Positions 40,701-50,412 of a stretch of 64,000 nucleotides of DNA are shown here, piece by piece. The notes under the pieces were generated by a model. The model had not been told where the DNA came from. It worked only from the letters and a program-made list of their open reading frames with translations, and ran no database searches. The stretch spans positions 4,856 through 68,855 of the forward strand of contig CAMZDW010000003.1 of NCBI GenBank assembly GCA_947305555.1, written 5' to 3'. The number at the start of each line of letters is the position of its first letter. The stretch's first letter is position 1. Position numbers and translations under genes: made by a program. Origin of the DNA: an uncultured Elusimicrobium sp. GTDB lineage: Bacteria > Elusimicrobiota > Elusimicrobia > Elusimicrobiales > Elusimicrobiaceae.

Positions 40701-41855
40701 ATGTCCGAAAACGAACAAACAAACCCTACTTTCAATAACACAGATACTAGCCTTCCCACAGAACAATGGGAACAAAAATTGTTGGAAAACGAAAAAACGG
40801 CAACGTCCTTTTCTCACCCTGAAAAAGAGACTCCTGCTCCTTCTAAACAAAGCTCTCATGGTGTATGGGCCACGTTGCTCTTGGTCACTTTTTTGATTTC
40901 AGCTTGTTCCGGGATTTATCTGACCATGCACCCAGCCGCAGCCTGTAAATCATCACACAACGCTCCCGCACAAACTATTGAAAATAAAGAAGACAGCTCG
41001 GCCACCGCTGCTTTAGCAGAAGCCTTTGGAAAAGCCTCCAACAAGCCGGGAATCGCCTGGATTAAAGTGCGTGGTGTCATTGCCCAGGACAATAACACCA
41101 GCCCGTTCTCGCGGCCCAGCGGCGCAAGCGCGATTGCAAAAAGAATCCGGGAAGCAGCCGAATCTAAAAACGTCAAAGCAATTGTTTTAGATATCAACTC
41201 CCCCGGCGGTACGGTAGCTTCCGTACAAAATATTTACAGTGAATTATTAAATGCCAAAGAAAAAGGAAAAAAAGTAGTGGCCTTGTTCCGTGATGTAGCG
41301 GCTTCGGGTGGGTTTTATATTGCGATGGCTGCTGATAAAATCGTGGCGGAACCGGGAACGATTACCGGTTCGGTAGGTGTTATTATGCAAACCAGCAACA
41401 TAGAGGGACTGTTTGATAAAATCGGTGTAAAAATTACGCCGATTACCTCCGGGAAATATAAAGATATTGGTTCTTCCTACCGCCCAATGACCGATGCGGA
41501 AAAAGCCCTGTTGCAAGACATGGTCAACGATACCTACACCCAGTTCTTTGCCGCTGTCAAAGCCGGGCGCCCCAACGTAAAGCCGGAAGATTTAACCGAG
41601 TATACCGATGGCCGCGTATTTACCGGGCAACGCGCCTATAATTTAGGGTTTGTTGATAAATTGGGCGGCGAAGAAGAAGCGCGGAAATTAGCCGGGGAAC
41701 TGGCCGGATTGAAAGATCCAAAAATTCTAACTCAACGTTCAGATTCATTACGTGATTTTGTATTTTCATTTGGATCCACTATGGAAAATCAATCCTTAAC
41801 CAAGCAAATTCAAGCCCTTGCTACGCCCAGCGTATCATACTTGTGGATTAACTAG
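40701..41855 (+). CDS. sppA: Signal peptide peptidase SppA (S49)
   Basis: INSPGG, AASGGFYIA, TGSVGV, GKYKD. Confidence 0.92.
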   Translation: MSENEQTNPTFNNTDTSLPTEQWEQKLLENEKTATSFSHPEKETPAPSKQSSHGVWATLLLVTFLISACSGIYLTMHPAAACKSSHNAPAQTIENKEDSSATAALAEAFGKASNKPGIAWIKVRGVIAQDNNTSPFSRPSGASAIAKRIREAAESKNVKAIVLDINSPGGTVASVQNIYSELLNAKEKGKKVVALFRDVAASGGFYIAMAADKIVAEPGTITGSVGVIMQTSNIEGLFDKIGVKITPITSGKYKDIGSSYRPMTDAEKALLQDMVNDTYTQFFAAVKAGRPNVKPEDLTEYTDGRVFTGQRAYNLGFVDKLGGEEEARKLAGELAGLKDPKILTQRSDSLRDFVFSFGSTMENQSLTKQIQALATPSVSYLWIN

Positions 41856-41866
41856 GAGCCGGGTAT

Positions 41867-42430
41867 ATGAATTTATTGAAAACATATTATCACTATATCA
41901 GCGATCCTGAAAAGTCCTTGCAAGAACTCCTAGAGCAACGCGCCTTTAAACAAGCGCTTTGGGGATACGGAATTGCAACGGTGAGCTGGGTACTGTTTTT
42001 CAACATTGCAAGCGGCATTTCGGTACCGGCTTTCATTTTTAAGCTGTTGGCTTTATTTGCGCTAGAATTAACAGCCGGTTATTTTTTAGCTTCGCTTTGC
42101 GGTTTGTTTTTGGATTTTATGGATGTGAAAATTTCCCCGGCGGAACTCTTTATCCTCATCGGGATTTCCGGATGTGTTAAGGGACTGCTGATTGCTTTTG
42201 CCTTAATTGCGGCGGTGCTTCCCTTTTCCGGCTTAGCCCTGTTGGCTCCTTTTGCGCTACTTTTAGTATGCGTACTGCAACTAGTCTATTTAACACAAGC
42301 TATTGCGCACATCTACCAAACTTCCGCAGGCAAAGCGCTGGGAGCCTGGTTATTTTCCCTCGTCCCCATTACAATGGCCTTTATTTTGATAGGCATCTTT
42401 TTTATTTGGGGCATTTCACTTCTCTTTTAA
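41867..42430 (+). CDS. Yip1-like multi-pass membrane protein
   Basis: Five hydrophobic segments; follows sppA with SD AGGAG. Confidence 0.6.
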   Translation: MNLLKTYYHYISDPEKSLQELLEQRAFKQALWGYGIATVSWVLFFNIASGISVPAFIFKLLALFALELTAGYFLASLCGLFLDFMDVKISPAELFILIGISGCVKGLLIAFALIAAVLPFSGLALLAPFALLLVCVLQLVYLTQAIAHIYQTSAGKALGAWLFSLVPITMAFILIGIFFIWGISLLF

Positions 42431-42470
42431 AGTAAACTGCCACGGGCTTTTCCGCCCGTGGCAGTTTACT
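42431..42470. terminator. Perfect 17-bp inverted repeat between convergent genes
   Basis: AGTAAACTGCCACGGGC-ttttcc-GCCCGTGGCAGTTTACT. Confidence 0.75.
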
Positions 42471-42484
42471 CATTTATTTTTCTT

Positions 42485-43858
42485 CTATTTTTCTACCCGT
42501 TCTTTAAAAATCCGCGCGTCTACCAAACGCTTAAAAATGCGCCCGCGTTCTTCGTAGTCCTTAAATTGATCAAATGAGGCACACGCCGGAGATAACAGCA
42601 CCACATCTCCTCGAACAGCGCCATCCATCGCACGCTGTACCGCACATTCTAATGTGCCACACCTCACAACCGGAAATTTGCCTAGTTCCCGCTCAATCTT
42701 ATCCATGCATTCCCCAATGGTTAATACTCGCTTGCAGCGGCCTTCCAAGTAGGGAAGCAATACTTCATAAGAAGCGCCTTTATCTCGTCCACCTAAAATG
42801 AGCCAAATTTGATGGGCAGCTTCAAAACTTTTAAGCGCGGTAACCGTAGAATCTAAATTGGTCGCTTTGGAATCATTTACATAAATCACGCCGCGGTGAT
42901 ATGCAAATTGTTCAATTCGGTGTTCCATCGCTTTGAATTGGTCAAAAACTTTTTGCACCGTTTCCGCAGATACACCGGCCGCCAACGCCATTAAAGCAGC
43001 GGCCATGGCATTTTCCACGTTGTGAATCCCTTTTAAATGCGGCGGACGCAATTGATGCCCCTGGCTAAAAATAAGTTCATCCCCATCAAAAAACACATCC
43101 GTTTTCAACAAATGTTTGGGATGCGTAGAAAACGCAAATACTTGGCTTTTTGTTTTTTCAGCCGCTTCGGCGCAAACCAAATCAGCTCCGTTGAGCACCA
43201 AGGTATCACAAGCGCGTTGGAATTTAAAAATTCGGTTTTTGGCTTTGATATAATTTTTCATGCCGCCGTGATGATCCAAATGATCTGGCGTTACGTTAAG
43301 CAGACAAGCATATCCTGGCCGAAAGTACGTGCTGTCCTCCAACTGATAGCTGGAGACTTCCAACACCACATCATCCCCTTCACGGACTTCATCTACACAA
43401 AGCGAAATCGGCTTGCCAATATTGCCGCATACGTGGACTTTTCGATGCCCCCCCAATACAGTTGCATCCTCTTTCAAAATTTCCCCTAACAGCGCTGTAG
43501 TTGTGGTTTTTCCATTAGTCCCCGTGACTGCAAAAATACGTATTTTTTTGGGCATTAACGCAACGGCAACTTCTAACTCACTAAAAACGGGAATCCCTCT
43601 CTTTTTGGCTTCCAATAGCACAGGACTTCGGGGGAAAATCCCCGGGCTTTTTACCCAAAAATCGCAATCAAATACAGCAGCCGAATGCCCCCCCGTTTCC
43701 ACTGTAATTCCGGGCAAGGAGGGCGGAGGAACTGCCGATCCTTCGCTGATTAACACTTCAAATCCGTGTCTTTGCAACAGCAAGGCAACTGCCCGGCCAC
43801 TTTTGCCAAGCCCCAACACACAAGCCCGTTTTCCTTTCCACAAAGCAGGTCTAAACAT
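42485..43858 (-). CDS. murD: UDP-MurNAc-L-Ala--D-glutamate ligase
   Basis: GLGKSG, GTNGKTT, EVSSYQL, NDSKATN, SPACASFD. Confidence 0.95.
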   Translation of the reverse strand: MFRPALWKGKRACVLGLGKSGRAVALLLQRHGFEVLISEGSAVPPPSLPGITVETGGHSAAVFDCDFWVKSPGIFPRSPVLLEAKKRGIPVFSELEVAVALMPKKIRIFAVTGTNGKTTTTALLGEILKEDATVLGGHRKVHVCGNIGKPISLCVDEVREGDDVVLEVSSYQLEDSTYFRPGYACLLNVTPDHLDHHGGMKNYIKAKNRIFKFQRACDTLVLNGADLVCAEAAEKTKSQVFAFSTHPKHLLKTDVFFDGDELIFSQGHQLRPPHLKGIHNVENAMAAALMALAAGVSAETVQKVFDQFKAMEHRIEQFAYHRGVIYVNDSKATNLDSTVTALKSFEAAHQIWLILGGRDKGASYEVLLPYLEGRCKRVLTIGECMDKIERELGKFPVVRCGTLECAVQRAMDGAVRGDVVLLSPACASFDQFKDYEERGRIFKRLVDARIFKERVEK

Positions 43859-45308
43859 AAGCAGCTCCTTTTAGGCAGGCAAGCACCGTTTCTTGATCTG
43901 AAAAATGGACTTTTTTAGCGCCTAAAATTTGATAATTTTCGTGGCCTTTACCGGCAATAATTACAATATCCCCTTTTTGAGCAACTTTTAATGCACGCGC
44001 AATAGCGGTTGCACGGTCCGGGATAATTTCGTAATTTGAAAAGCCTTTCATCCCCACTAAAATATCCTCAAAAATTTGCTGGGGGTCTTCACAACGCGGG
44101 TTATCATTGGTAAGAAACACATAATCCGCCTGCTCGCAAGCTGTCCGCCCCATGAGCGGACGTTTGGTACGGTCGCGCTGGCCACCGCAACCAAAAACAA
44201 GAAAAATCTTCCCTTGTGCAAAAGGCTTTACGGTAGCAAAAGCCCGTTGCAAAGATTCATTGGTATAAGCGAAATCTACAAAAGTGAAAAAATCCTGCCC
44301 GGCATCCACTCGCTCCATACGCCCCGGGACGCCCGATAAAGCCGCTAATCCGCGTACAATTGTTTCTACCGAAATTCCGTTGGCCAGGGCAGCACCCCAA
44401 GCGGCCAAAGCGTTATACACATTATGCTTTCCCAGCAAGTTAATTTTCGCTGGGATTCCGTTTACGGTAAACTCCGTATGTGTTAAAAATTCGTGCACAT
44501 TATCCACTTTGAGCATCGCCGGCTGTTCGCATCCAAAAGAAATCACTTGCACGCGGTCCTTTAACTCGCTAATCAGCCGTTGCCCGTAGGGATCGTCAGC
44601 ATTAATCACAGCCGTCCGGTTGGGCTTTGGATTGGCTGGGTCCAATAAATTTTCAAACAGTTTGTGTTTGGCCGCAAAATAATTTTCAAACGTTTCATGA
44701 AAATCCAAATGATCGCGCTGTAAATTGGTAAAAATAGCAGTGTCATACCAAATATGACGAACACGTTGCAATTCCAAAGCATGGGAGGAAACCTCCATCA
44801 CGACTTTGTTGCAATTTTCTTGCTTCATTTGGGACAATAATTTAAATAACGTTAATGCGGCCGGAGTCGTATTTGGGGCATCACAAACTTTGCGCCCGTC
44901 AATGCGGTAGTTAATAGTTCCCAAGGCCCCTACTTTTTGATGTGCTTGAATGAAAATGGATTCCAATAAATAAGAAATAGAAGTCTTGCCCTTGGTTCCC
45001 GTAATTCCAACAACTGTTAAATCATCGGAGGGCTTGCCGTAAAATTCGTACGCGGCATCTGCCATATCACGGTCAATATCGCCGGACTGAATAAATAAAA
45101 CAGGAAATTTTTTGGCAGGCGCAGAAGCAGAAACAACGACCGCGGCCCCCCGGGTAATAGCATCCTCAATAAATAAATTTCCATCCACGTGCGCCCCTTT
45201 CAAAGCAAAAAAAACAAACCCGGGTTGTACCTCTCGGGAAGAAAAGGAAAGCCCCCGCACGGTAATTCCTGCCGCTTGGGCTTGTTTTAATACGATGCTA
45301 TTAGTCAT
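43851..45308 (-). CDS. murE: UDP-MurNAc-tripeptide synthetase (meso-DAP type)
   Basis: GTKGKT, EVSSH, FTNL.RDHLD, GCGGQRD..KR, DNPR. Start moved to ATG 45308. Confidence 0.93.
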   Translation of the reverse strand: MTNSIVLKQAQAAGITVRGLSFSSREVQPGFVFFALKGAHVDGNLFIEDAITRGAAVVVSASAPAKKFPVLFIQSGDIDRDMADAAYEFYGKPSDDLTVVGITGTKGKTSISYLLESIFIQAHQKVGALGTINYRIDGRKVCDAPNTTPAALTLFKLLSQMKQENCNKVVMEVSSHALELQRVRHIWYDTAIFTNLQRDHLDFHETFENYFAAKHKLFENLLDPANPKPNRTAVINADDPYGQRLISELKDRVQVISFGCEQPAMLKVDNVHEFLTHTEFTVNGIPAKINLLGKHNVYNALAAWGAALANGISVETIVRGLAALSGVPGRMERVDAGQDFFTFVDFAYTNESLQRAFATVKPFAQGKIFLVFGCGGQRDRTKRPLMGRTACEQADYVFLTNDNPRCEDPQQIFEDILVGMKGFSNYEIIPDRATAIARALKVAQKGDIVIIAGKGHENYQILGAKKVHFSDQETVLACLKGAAYV

Positions 45309-45343
45309 ATAGATATGGTAGCAAATTGGGTTTACCAAAAAAA

Positions 45344-46081
45344 CTATTTCTTTCGAGTTTGCAGCCAAGTGGCAAGCTCCGCTGCTACCGCCGATAAATG
45401 TGCCCGGATTTGAGGTTGCTTCTTTTCCAACAAAGGCAATAAAGTATTGCGCACCCAATTGCGCGTAAATTTTTCATCAAAATTACTTTGGTCGGTTACA
45501 TGCGGCAAAGCATTATTTATTAGATAGGCTTCCGTTTCTGCACGCGTGATGCACAACAACGGACGAATAATCTCAACCGACGGTGTTAAAGAACGTTGAA
45601 CCGGGATTCCCACAAGGCCTTTGGCTTTTGTTCCGCGTAAAAGATTTAACAAAATAGTTTCCGCCTGGTCATCCAAATGATGACCCAGCGCTAATTTAGT
45701 AGCACCCCAACGGCGAGCCACTTTAACAAACGCTTCATAGCGAGCTTTGCGCGCCGCGTGTTCGGGGCTTAGATCTTTTTCACGCGCCAATTTTTTGACG
45801 TTTACTTTTTCCGTAAAAAATTCAATGTTTTGTTTTTGACAAAAATCTTTGCAAAATTTTTGATCTGCAGTCGCAGCGCTCCCCCGCAAACCATGATTGA
45901 TATGCACCGCAGCTAAACGAAAATGTTTTTCTTTCGATAAATAATTCAAAAAATGAAGCAAACAAACAGAATCCGCTCCGCCGCTAAAACCAACTAGCAC
46001 AGCGTCATTACGCTTAATTAATTTATTTGAAAAAGCACGCATACGCGGAAGAACTGCCGCATTAAAACTTTTTTTTGTCAT
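45344..46081 (-). CDS. tilS: tRNA(Ile)-lysidine synthetase, short form
   Basis: SGGADS, HINHGLR, AAR..RY, GHH.DDQAET, IIRPLL, RNWVR. Confidence 0.88.
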   Translation of the reverse strand: MTKKSFNAAVLPRMRAFSNKLIKRNDAVLVGFSGGADSVCLLHFLNYLSKEKHFRLAAVHINHGLRGSAATADQKFCKDFCQKQNIEFFTEKVNVKKLAREKDLSPEHAARKARYEAFVKVARRWGATKLALGHHLDDQAETILLNLLRGTKAKGLVGIPVQRSLTPSVEIIRPLLCITRAETEAYLINNALPHVTDQSNFDEKFTRNWVRNTLLPLLEKKQPQIRAHLSAVAAELATWLQTRKK

Positions 46082-46120
46082 ATAAAAAAGTATAATAAAT
46101 AAAAGGGTATTTGTGAGCTT

Positions 46121-46486
46121 ATGAAAAAAAGAATTTTAATAGTAGAAGATGAAGCTTCCATTGTTGACTTACTACGTTTGGTTTTTGAGAGAGAAGGATA
46201 TGAAATCCATTCCTGTCAAACTGGACGCGATGCGATTGCCACGATGAAAAAGGTCCATCCACATCTGGTTATTTTGGACGTTATGTTACCTGGATTAGAT
46301 GGGGCTGCTATCGTGCGGATTATGCATGAAGATGAGATTTTATCATCTACGCCTGTCATTGTAACTTCTGCATTGATCGGTTCGGAAAAAATATTTTCTC
46401 CATATCCCCAGGTAAAAGAGTTCTGTTCTAAACCTTTTGTCTTGAAAGATTTGGTAGCAAAAGTAAAACGCGCCATCGGCGATTAG
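46121..46486 (+). CDS. Single-domain response regulator
   Basis: VEDE, LDVMLPGLDG, TSA, KPF. Confidence 0.9.
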   Translation: MKKRILIVEDEASIVDLLRLVFEREGYEIHSCQTGRDAIATMKKVHPHLVILDVMLPGLDGAAIVRIMHEDEILSSTPVIVTSALIGSEKIFSPYPQVKEFCSKPFVLKDLVAKVKRAIGD

Positions 46487-46498
46487 AAATTTGACAAC

Positions 46499-46529
46499 AA
46501 AATACCCCGGTTTTTACCGGGGTATTTTT
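46499..46529. terminator. Bidirectional terminator
   Basis: AAAATACCCCGG...CCGGGGTATTTT. Confidence 0.85.
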
Positions 46530-46542
46530 AAAAATAAAATAA

Positions 46543-47094
46543 TTACGCCCACGCCAGCTGCTTCCAAAAAGCATCTAACAAGGCTTCCAAAAAGAGCTCT
46601 TTGCTCGTTTCACAACCTGTCATTTTTTTAATAGAAGTATATTGTTTCGCTAACACACGTGGGGCTAGATTATTAAGTAAAAACCCTACATTCAACAGCG
46701 TTTTCTTCGTTGGCAAGGTACATGCAGAAATTGTTCCGACACATTTCCACCCGTTTGCTTTTTGACCCCGGGCAAAAATCTGTTCTTCTTTCATACAAAT
46801 CTCAATATCTAGCCCGGACAACAAGGTTTCGCTTAAAGCTTGTCCCATGATTTTTACCGCTACTTTTGGAGATACATCCTCACGCAATAACAATGAAAAA
46901 TAAATGCCTCCTTCTCCGGAGCTAATCCACTTTTTGCGCACGAAAAAAGTATGCATTTGTTCGCAAGCAAGAACGAGCGTTCCTTCTTTTTCTCCGCAAG
47001 ATGCCAGGGCTTGCGCCACGGTTTGCGTGCTATCTATTTTTTCTACGCCAATAACTTTTGTGACTGATTGTAAGGGAAAAATGGTTTCTTCCAT
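46543..47094 (-). CDS. Degenerate biotin--protein ligase (BPL/BirA catalytic domain)-like protein
   Basis: IDSTQ, EGTLVLA.EQ, W.S..GGIYFSLLLR, but without GRGR and KWPND. Confidence 0.6.
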   Translation of the reverse strand: MEETIFPLQSVTKVIGVEKIDSTQTVAQALASCGEKEGTLVLACEQMHTFFVRKKWISSGEGGIYFSLLLREDVSPKVAVKIMGQALSETLLSGLDIEICMKEEQIFARGQKANGWKCVGTISACTLPTKKTLLNVGFLLNNLAPRVLAKQYTSIKKMTGCETSKELFLEALLDAFWKQLAWA

Positions 47095-47104
47095 AAAAAA
47101 TACC

Positions 47105-49093
47105 TCATTTCAATTTCATTTCGCGTAATTCAAATAAGCGGTCACGCAATTCTGCGGCCAACTCAAAATTGAGCGCATCAGCGGCCTGACGCATTTGTTC
47201 TTCAATATCTTTTTCCACGGCTTTGATATTCTTAATCGTCGGCTCCGGCAAAGATTCTCTCAAAATACCAAACGCGCTTGATTTAGTCTGTTGTTCAAAT
47301 TCTTTTAGTTCAATTTCTTGTTTTTCAATAGTTTTAGGGGTAATATGATGCTCTTTGTTGTATGCTTCTTGCAACGCACGACGACGATTCATTTCGGCCA
47401 GTGCATATTTAATGGAATCGGTTTTCCGGTCTGCATACAAAATTACTTCTCCACCGGCATTGCGCGCAGCACGCCCGGAAATTTGAATAAGCGTGGTTGT
47501 ATTGCGCAAAAAGCCTTCATTATCTGCTCCGAGAATCGCCACCAGCCCTACTTGCGGAATATCGATTCCTTCCCGCAGCAAGTTAATTCCAACGAGCACA
47601 TCAAATTTTCCCTGGCGAAACTCTTTTAAAATTTCCACACGTTCTAATGATTCAATATCCGAATGTAAATAGCGTGTTCTGATTTTTTTCTCCGCAAAGA
47701 AGGCACTTAAATCTTCCGCTGTTTTTTTGGTTAACGCTAATACCAACGTTCGTTCGCCTTTTTGGATATGTGCATTTATTTTTTCTACCAAGTGGTCAAT
47801 TTGCCCGGTCGTTGGGTGCACTTCTACTTTCGGATCCACCAGACCGGTAGGGCGAATGACTTGTTCCACAATGTGATTCCCGCACACAGTCAGTTCATAA
47901 GGTCCCGGCGTAGCCGATACAAACACGGTTGACGGGAGTAAACTTTCAAATTCTTCAAATTTTAGCGGCCGATTATCCAATGCGGAGGGCAAGCGAAAAC
48001 CAAAATCTACCAGCATTTGTTTGCGTGCGCGGTCTCCGTTAAACATGCCGCGCACTTGCGGCAATGCCACATGGGATTCATCCACCATCATTAAAAAATC
48101 ATCATAACGCTTGAAATAATCAATCAACGTAGAAGGACGCTCGCCCGGTTTTCGTCCATCCATATAACGCGAATAATTTTCAATGCCCGAGCAAAAACCG
48201 GCCTCGCGCAGCATTTCCAAATCGTACTCAGTTCGTTGTTTAAGGCGGTATGCTTCCATTTCTTTGCCTTGCGACAACAGTTCCGCATGACGGGCTTTTA
48301 GATCTTGCTCAATTTGCCAAAGGGCATTTTGGGTATCTTCATCCGTCGCCACAAAGTGTTTAGCAGGATAAATCCAGGCTTCTTCTAATTCTGCCAACAC
48401 GTTGCCGGTAATGGGATGAATTTCATAAATATGTGCAATCGTTTTCCCAGAAATTTCAACCCGCAAGGCATTTTGTGAATAAGGCGTCATCACATCTATA
48501 TTGGGGCCGCGTGCGCGAAATTTGCCTGAAGAAAATTCCAATTCATCACGATGATATTGGATTTTGATTAGCTGCCCCGAAAGTTGTGCGCGGGTCATTT
48601 CCGCCCCTTTTTTTAAATAAATACGCATTTCGCGAAAGGAGTCCGGGGAACCAATATTGTAAATACACGATACAGACGCCACTACAATCACATCTTTTCG
48701 CGATGTAAGCGAGGTAGTAGCTTTCAAACGTAATTTATCAATATGTTCGTTGATGGCGGAATCTTTTTCAATGTACGTATCTGTTTGCGGAATATACGCT
48801 TCAGGCTGATAATAATCGTAATAAGAAATAAAATACTCTACAGCATTTTCCGGAAAAAATTGTTTAAATTCAGCATAGAGTTGAGCAGCAAGTACCTTGT
48901 TAGGCGATAAAATAAGCGTTGGTTTATTTAACCGCTCAATCACATTGGCCATTGTAAAGGTTTTGCCCGAACCCGTTACCCCCAAAAGCGTTTGGCGTGT
49001 GTGACCATTTTGCACCCCTTGCACTAAGGCATCAATGGCTTTGGGTTGATCTCCGGCTGGCTTGAATTTGGAAACAAGTTTAAAACGGCTCAT
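47105..49093 (-). CDS. uvrB: Excinuclease ABC subunit B
   Basis: PAGDQP, GVTGSGKT, YYDYYQPEAY, DESH, C-terminal FELAAELRD. Confidence 0.97.
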   Translation of the reverse strand: MSRFKLVSKFKPAGDQPKAIDALVQGVQNGHTRQTLLGVTGSGKTFTMANVIERLNKPTLILSPNKVLAAQLYAEFKQFFPENAVEYFISYYDYYQPEAYIPQTDTYIEKDSAINEHIDKLRLKATTSLTSRKDVIVVASVSCIYNIGSPDSFREMRIYLKKGAEMTRAQLSGQLIKIQYHRDELEFSSGKFRARGPNIDVMTPYSQNALRVEISGKTIAHIYEIHPITGNVLAELEEAWIYPAKHFVATDEDTQNALWQIEQDLKARHAELLSQGKEMEAYRLKQRTEYDLEMLREAGFCSGIENYSRYMDGRKPGERPSTLIDYFKRYDDFLMMVDESHVALPQVRGMFNGDRARKQMLVDFGFRLPSALDNRPLKFEEFESLLPSTVFVSATPGPYELTVCGNHIVEQVIRPTGLVDPKVEVHPTTGQIDHLVEKINAHIQKGERTLVLALTKKTAEDLSAFFAEKKIRTRYLHSDIESLERVEILKEFRQGKFDVLVGINLLREGIDIPQVGLVAILGADNEGFLRNTTTLIQISGRAARNAGGEVILYADRKTDSIKYALAEMNRRRALQEAYNKEHHITPKTIEKQEIELKEFEQQTKSSAFGILRESLPEPTIKNIKAVEKDIEEQMRQAADALNFELAAELRDRLFELREMKLK

Positions 49094-49150
49094 AGCCTTA
49101 TTTTCCTATAAAAAAAGGGCGGCCTATACGCCGCCCAAAATCGTTCTACA

Positions 49151-49828
49151 TTAATGTCCGGTGTGTGTAAAAGCTGTATCTAACACGCCTGGTAACAATT
49201 GGGCGATTCCATCAATTAAGAACTGCATGGCAATGGCACACAAAATCATTCCCATAAAACGCACAACGATTTGAGTCCCATTTTTCCCGATGCGGTCAAA
49301 AATATACCGGGAACTTAATAAAATAACGCCCACCAAACAAGAACTTAAAAAGAGTACCGCAATCATCATCAAGGACATTGTAATCGTAGGGCTTTTTTCT
49401 GCATATAAGATAACGGTTGTGATTGTCCCAGGACCAATAAAAAGCGGCATTCCCACAGGAACCAAAATATGGCTTAAACTATTGCGGGCTTGGTCAAACG
49501 TATTACCGGAGGTGGCAGCCGTTTCAATCCCGTGATTTTCAAATTTACTTTTTCCCTGTAACATGCGCAGACCGACGAGCAAAATCATAATCGAGCCTGC
49601 CAAACGGAATGCCGGCAACGTAATACCAAATACATTTAAAATACGATTCCCAAATAAGAAAAACGTAAGCATCAAAAAGAAAATAGAACAAGCCATTAAA
49701 ATAGCCACTGCGCGTTGCACACTGGGGCTTTCGTTTTCTACGTGCTCCAAAAAAATCGGCATATTACCGATAGGGTTTAAAATAGCTAAGATACCGATAA
49801 ACGAGTTAAAAAATAAACTCCAATCCAT
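49151..49828 (-). CDS. MarC family integral membrane protein
   Basis: LNPIGNMPIF, FGIT.PAFR, VP.GMPL..GPG, RFMGMIL. Start at ATG 49828 with SD AAGGAG. Confidence 0.9.
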   Translation of the reverse strand: MDWSLFFNSFIGILAILNPIGNMPIFLEHVENESPSVQRAVAILMACSIFFLMLTFFLFGNRILNVFGITLPAFRLAGSIMILLVGLRMLQGKSKFENHGIETAATSGNTFDQARNSLSHILVPVGMPLFIGPGTITTVILYAEKSPTITMSLMMIAVLFLSSCLVGVILLSSRYIFDRIGKNGTQIVVRFMGMILCAIAMQFLIDGIAQLLPGVLDTAFTHTGH

Positions 49829-50003
49829 AGGTGTTTTATTCTCCTTAACACACAAACCGTCCTCTACTGGCGGACGTTTACGCTTATTTATAGTATATCA
49901 AATTCACACGCGCCGCAAAGATTGCTTAAGGGCCCAAAAAGGATATACGTTTCATTTCCAAAGTAATAAAAAATTAGTATAATAGAAAAAGATAGGTAAT
50001 TGT

Positions 50004-50232
50004 AGATTTTAGGGCAGTTGGCGCAGTGCTTGTAGCATAAGTTCGTCCGCCTTGGCGGGCCACGCGAACAAGTAGCCAACCGAGAGTTTGAAACAAAGCA
50101 ACAAAAGATTTTAGGGCAGTTGGCGCAGTGCTTGTAGCATAAGTTCGTCCGCCTTGGCGGGCCACGCGAACAAGTAGCCAACCGAGAGTTTGAAACAAAG
50201 CAGCAAAAGATTTTAGGGCAGTTGGCGCAGTG
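50004..50232 (+). repeat. 102-bp tandem repeat (two full units plus a 25-bp third start) containing the 5' end of tRNA-Val
   Basis: AGATTTTAGGGCAGTTGGCGCAGTG starts at 50004, 50106 and 50208. The two full units differ at one base (50101 A vs 50203 G). Confidence 0.95.
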
Positions 50233-50287
50233 GTAGCGCGTCCGCCTCACACGCGGAAGGTCACAGGTTCGAACCCTGTACTGCCCA
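50216..50287 (+). tRNA. tRNA-Val (CAC), CCA not encoded
   Basis: Acceptor GGGCAGT/ACTGCCC, D stem GCGC/GCGC, anticodon arm TCCGC-CTCACAC-GCGGA, T arm ACAGG-TTCGAAC-CCTGT. Confidence 0.95.
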
Positions 50288-50293
50288 TATTTT

Positions 50294-50320
50294 AAAACCC
50301 ACCGAAAAGGGGGGTTTTTT
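50294..50320 (+). terminator. Terminator after tRNA-Val
   Basis: AAAACCC-a-CC-gaaaa-GG-g-GGGTTTTTT. Confidence 0.75.
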
Positions 50321-50412
50321 ATTTGGTAAAATAAACGCATCAATTGCTTGAATAGATCTTCCCGACCCCAAATTCTCGCGCGGTATGCTATACTAATTAC
50401 AAGAGAGGTTTT

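Noticed and set aside
45309-45458. 50-aa N-terminal extension of MurE
   Set aside because: It overlaps the end of tilS and is not MurE-like; ATG 45308 is preferred.
50004-50232. CRISPR array (25-bp repeats at regular spacing)
   Set aside because: The intervening 77-bp segments are essentially identical, the repeat is the tRNA 5' end, and there are no cas genes.
49888-50343. 151-aa and 74-aa ORFs with repeated CxxC-like motifs
   Set aside because: They are antisense translations of the tandem repeat and tRNA-Val.
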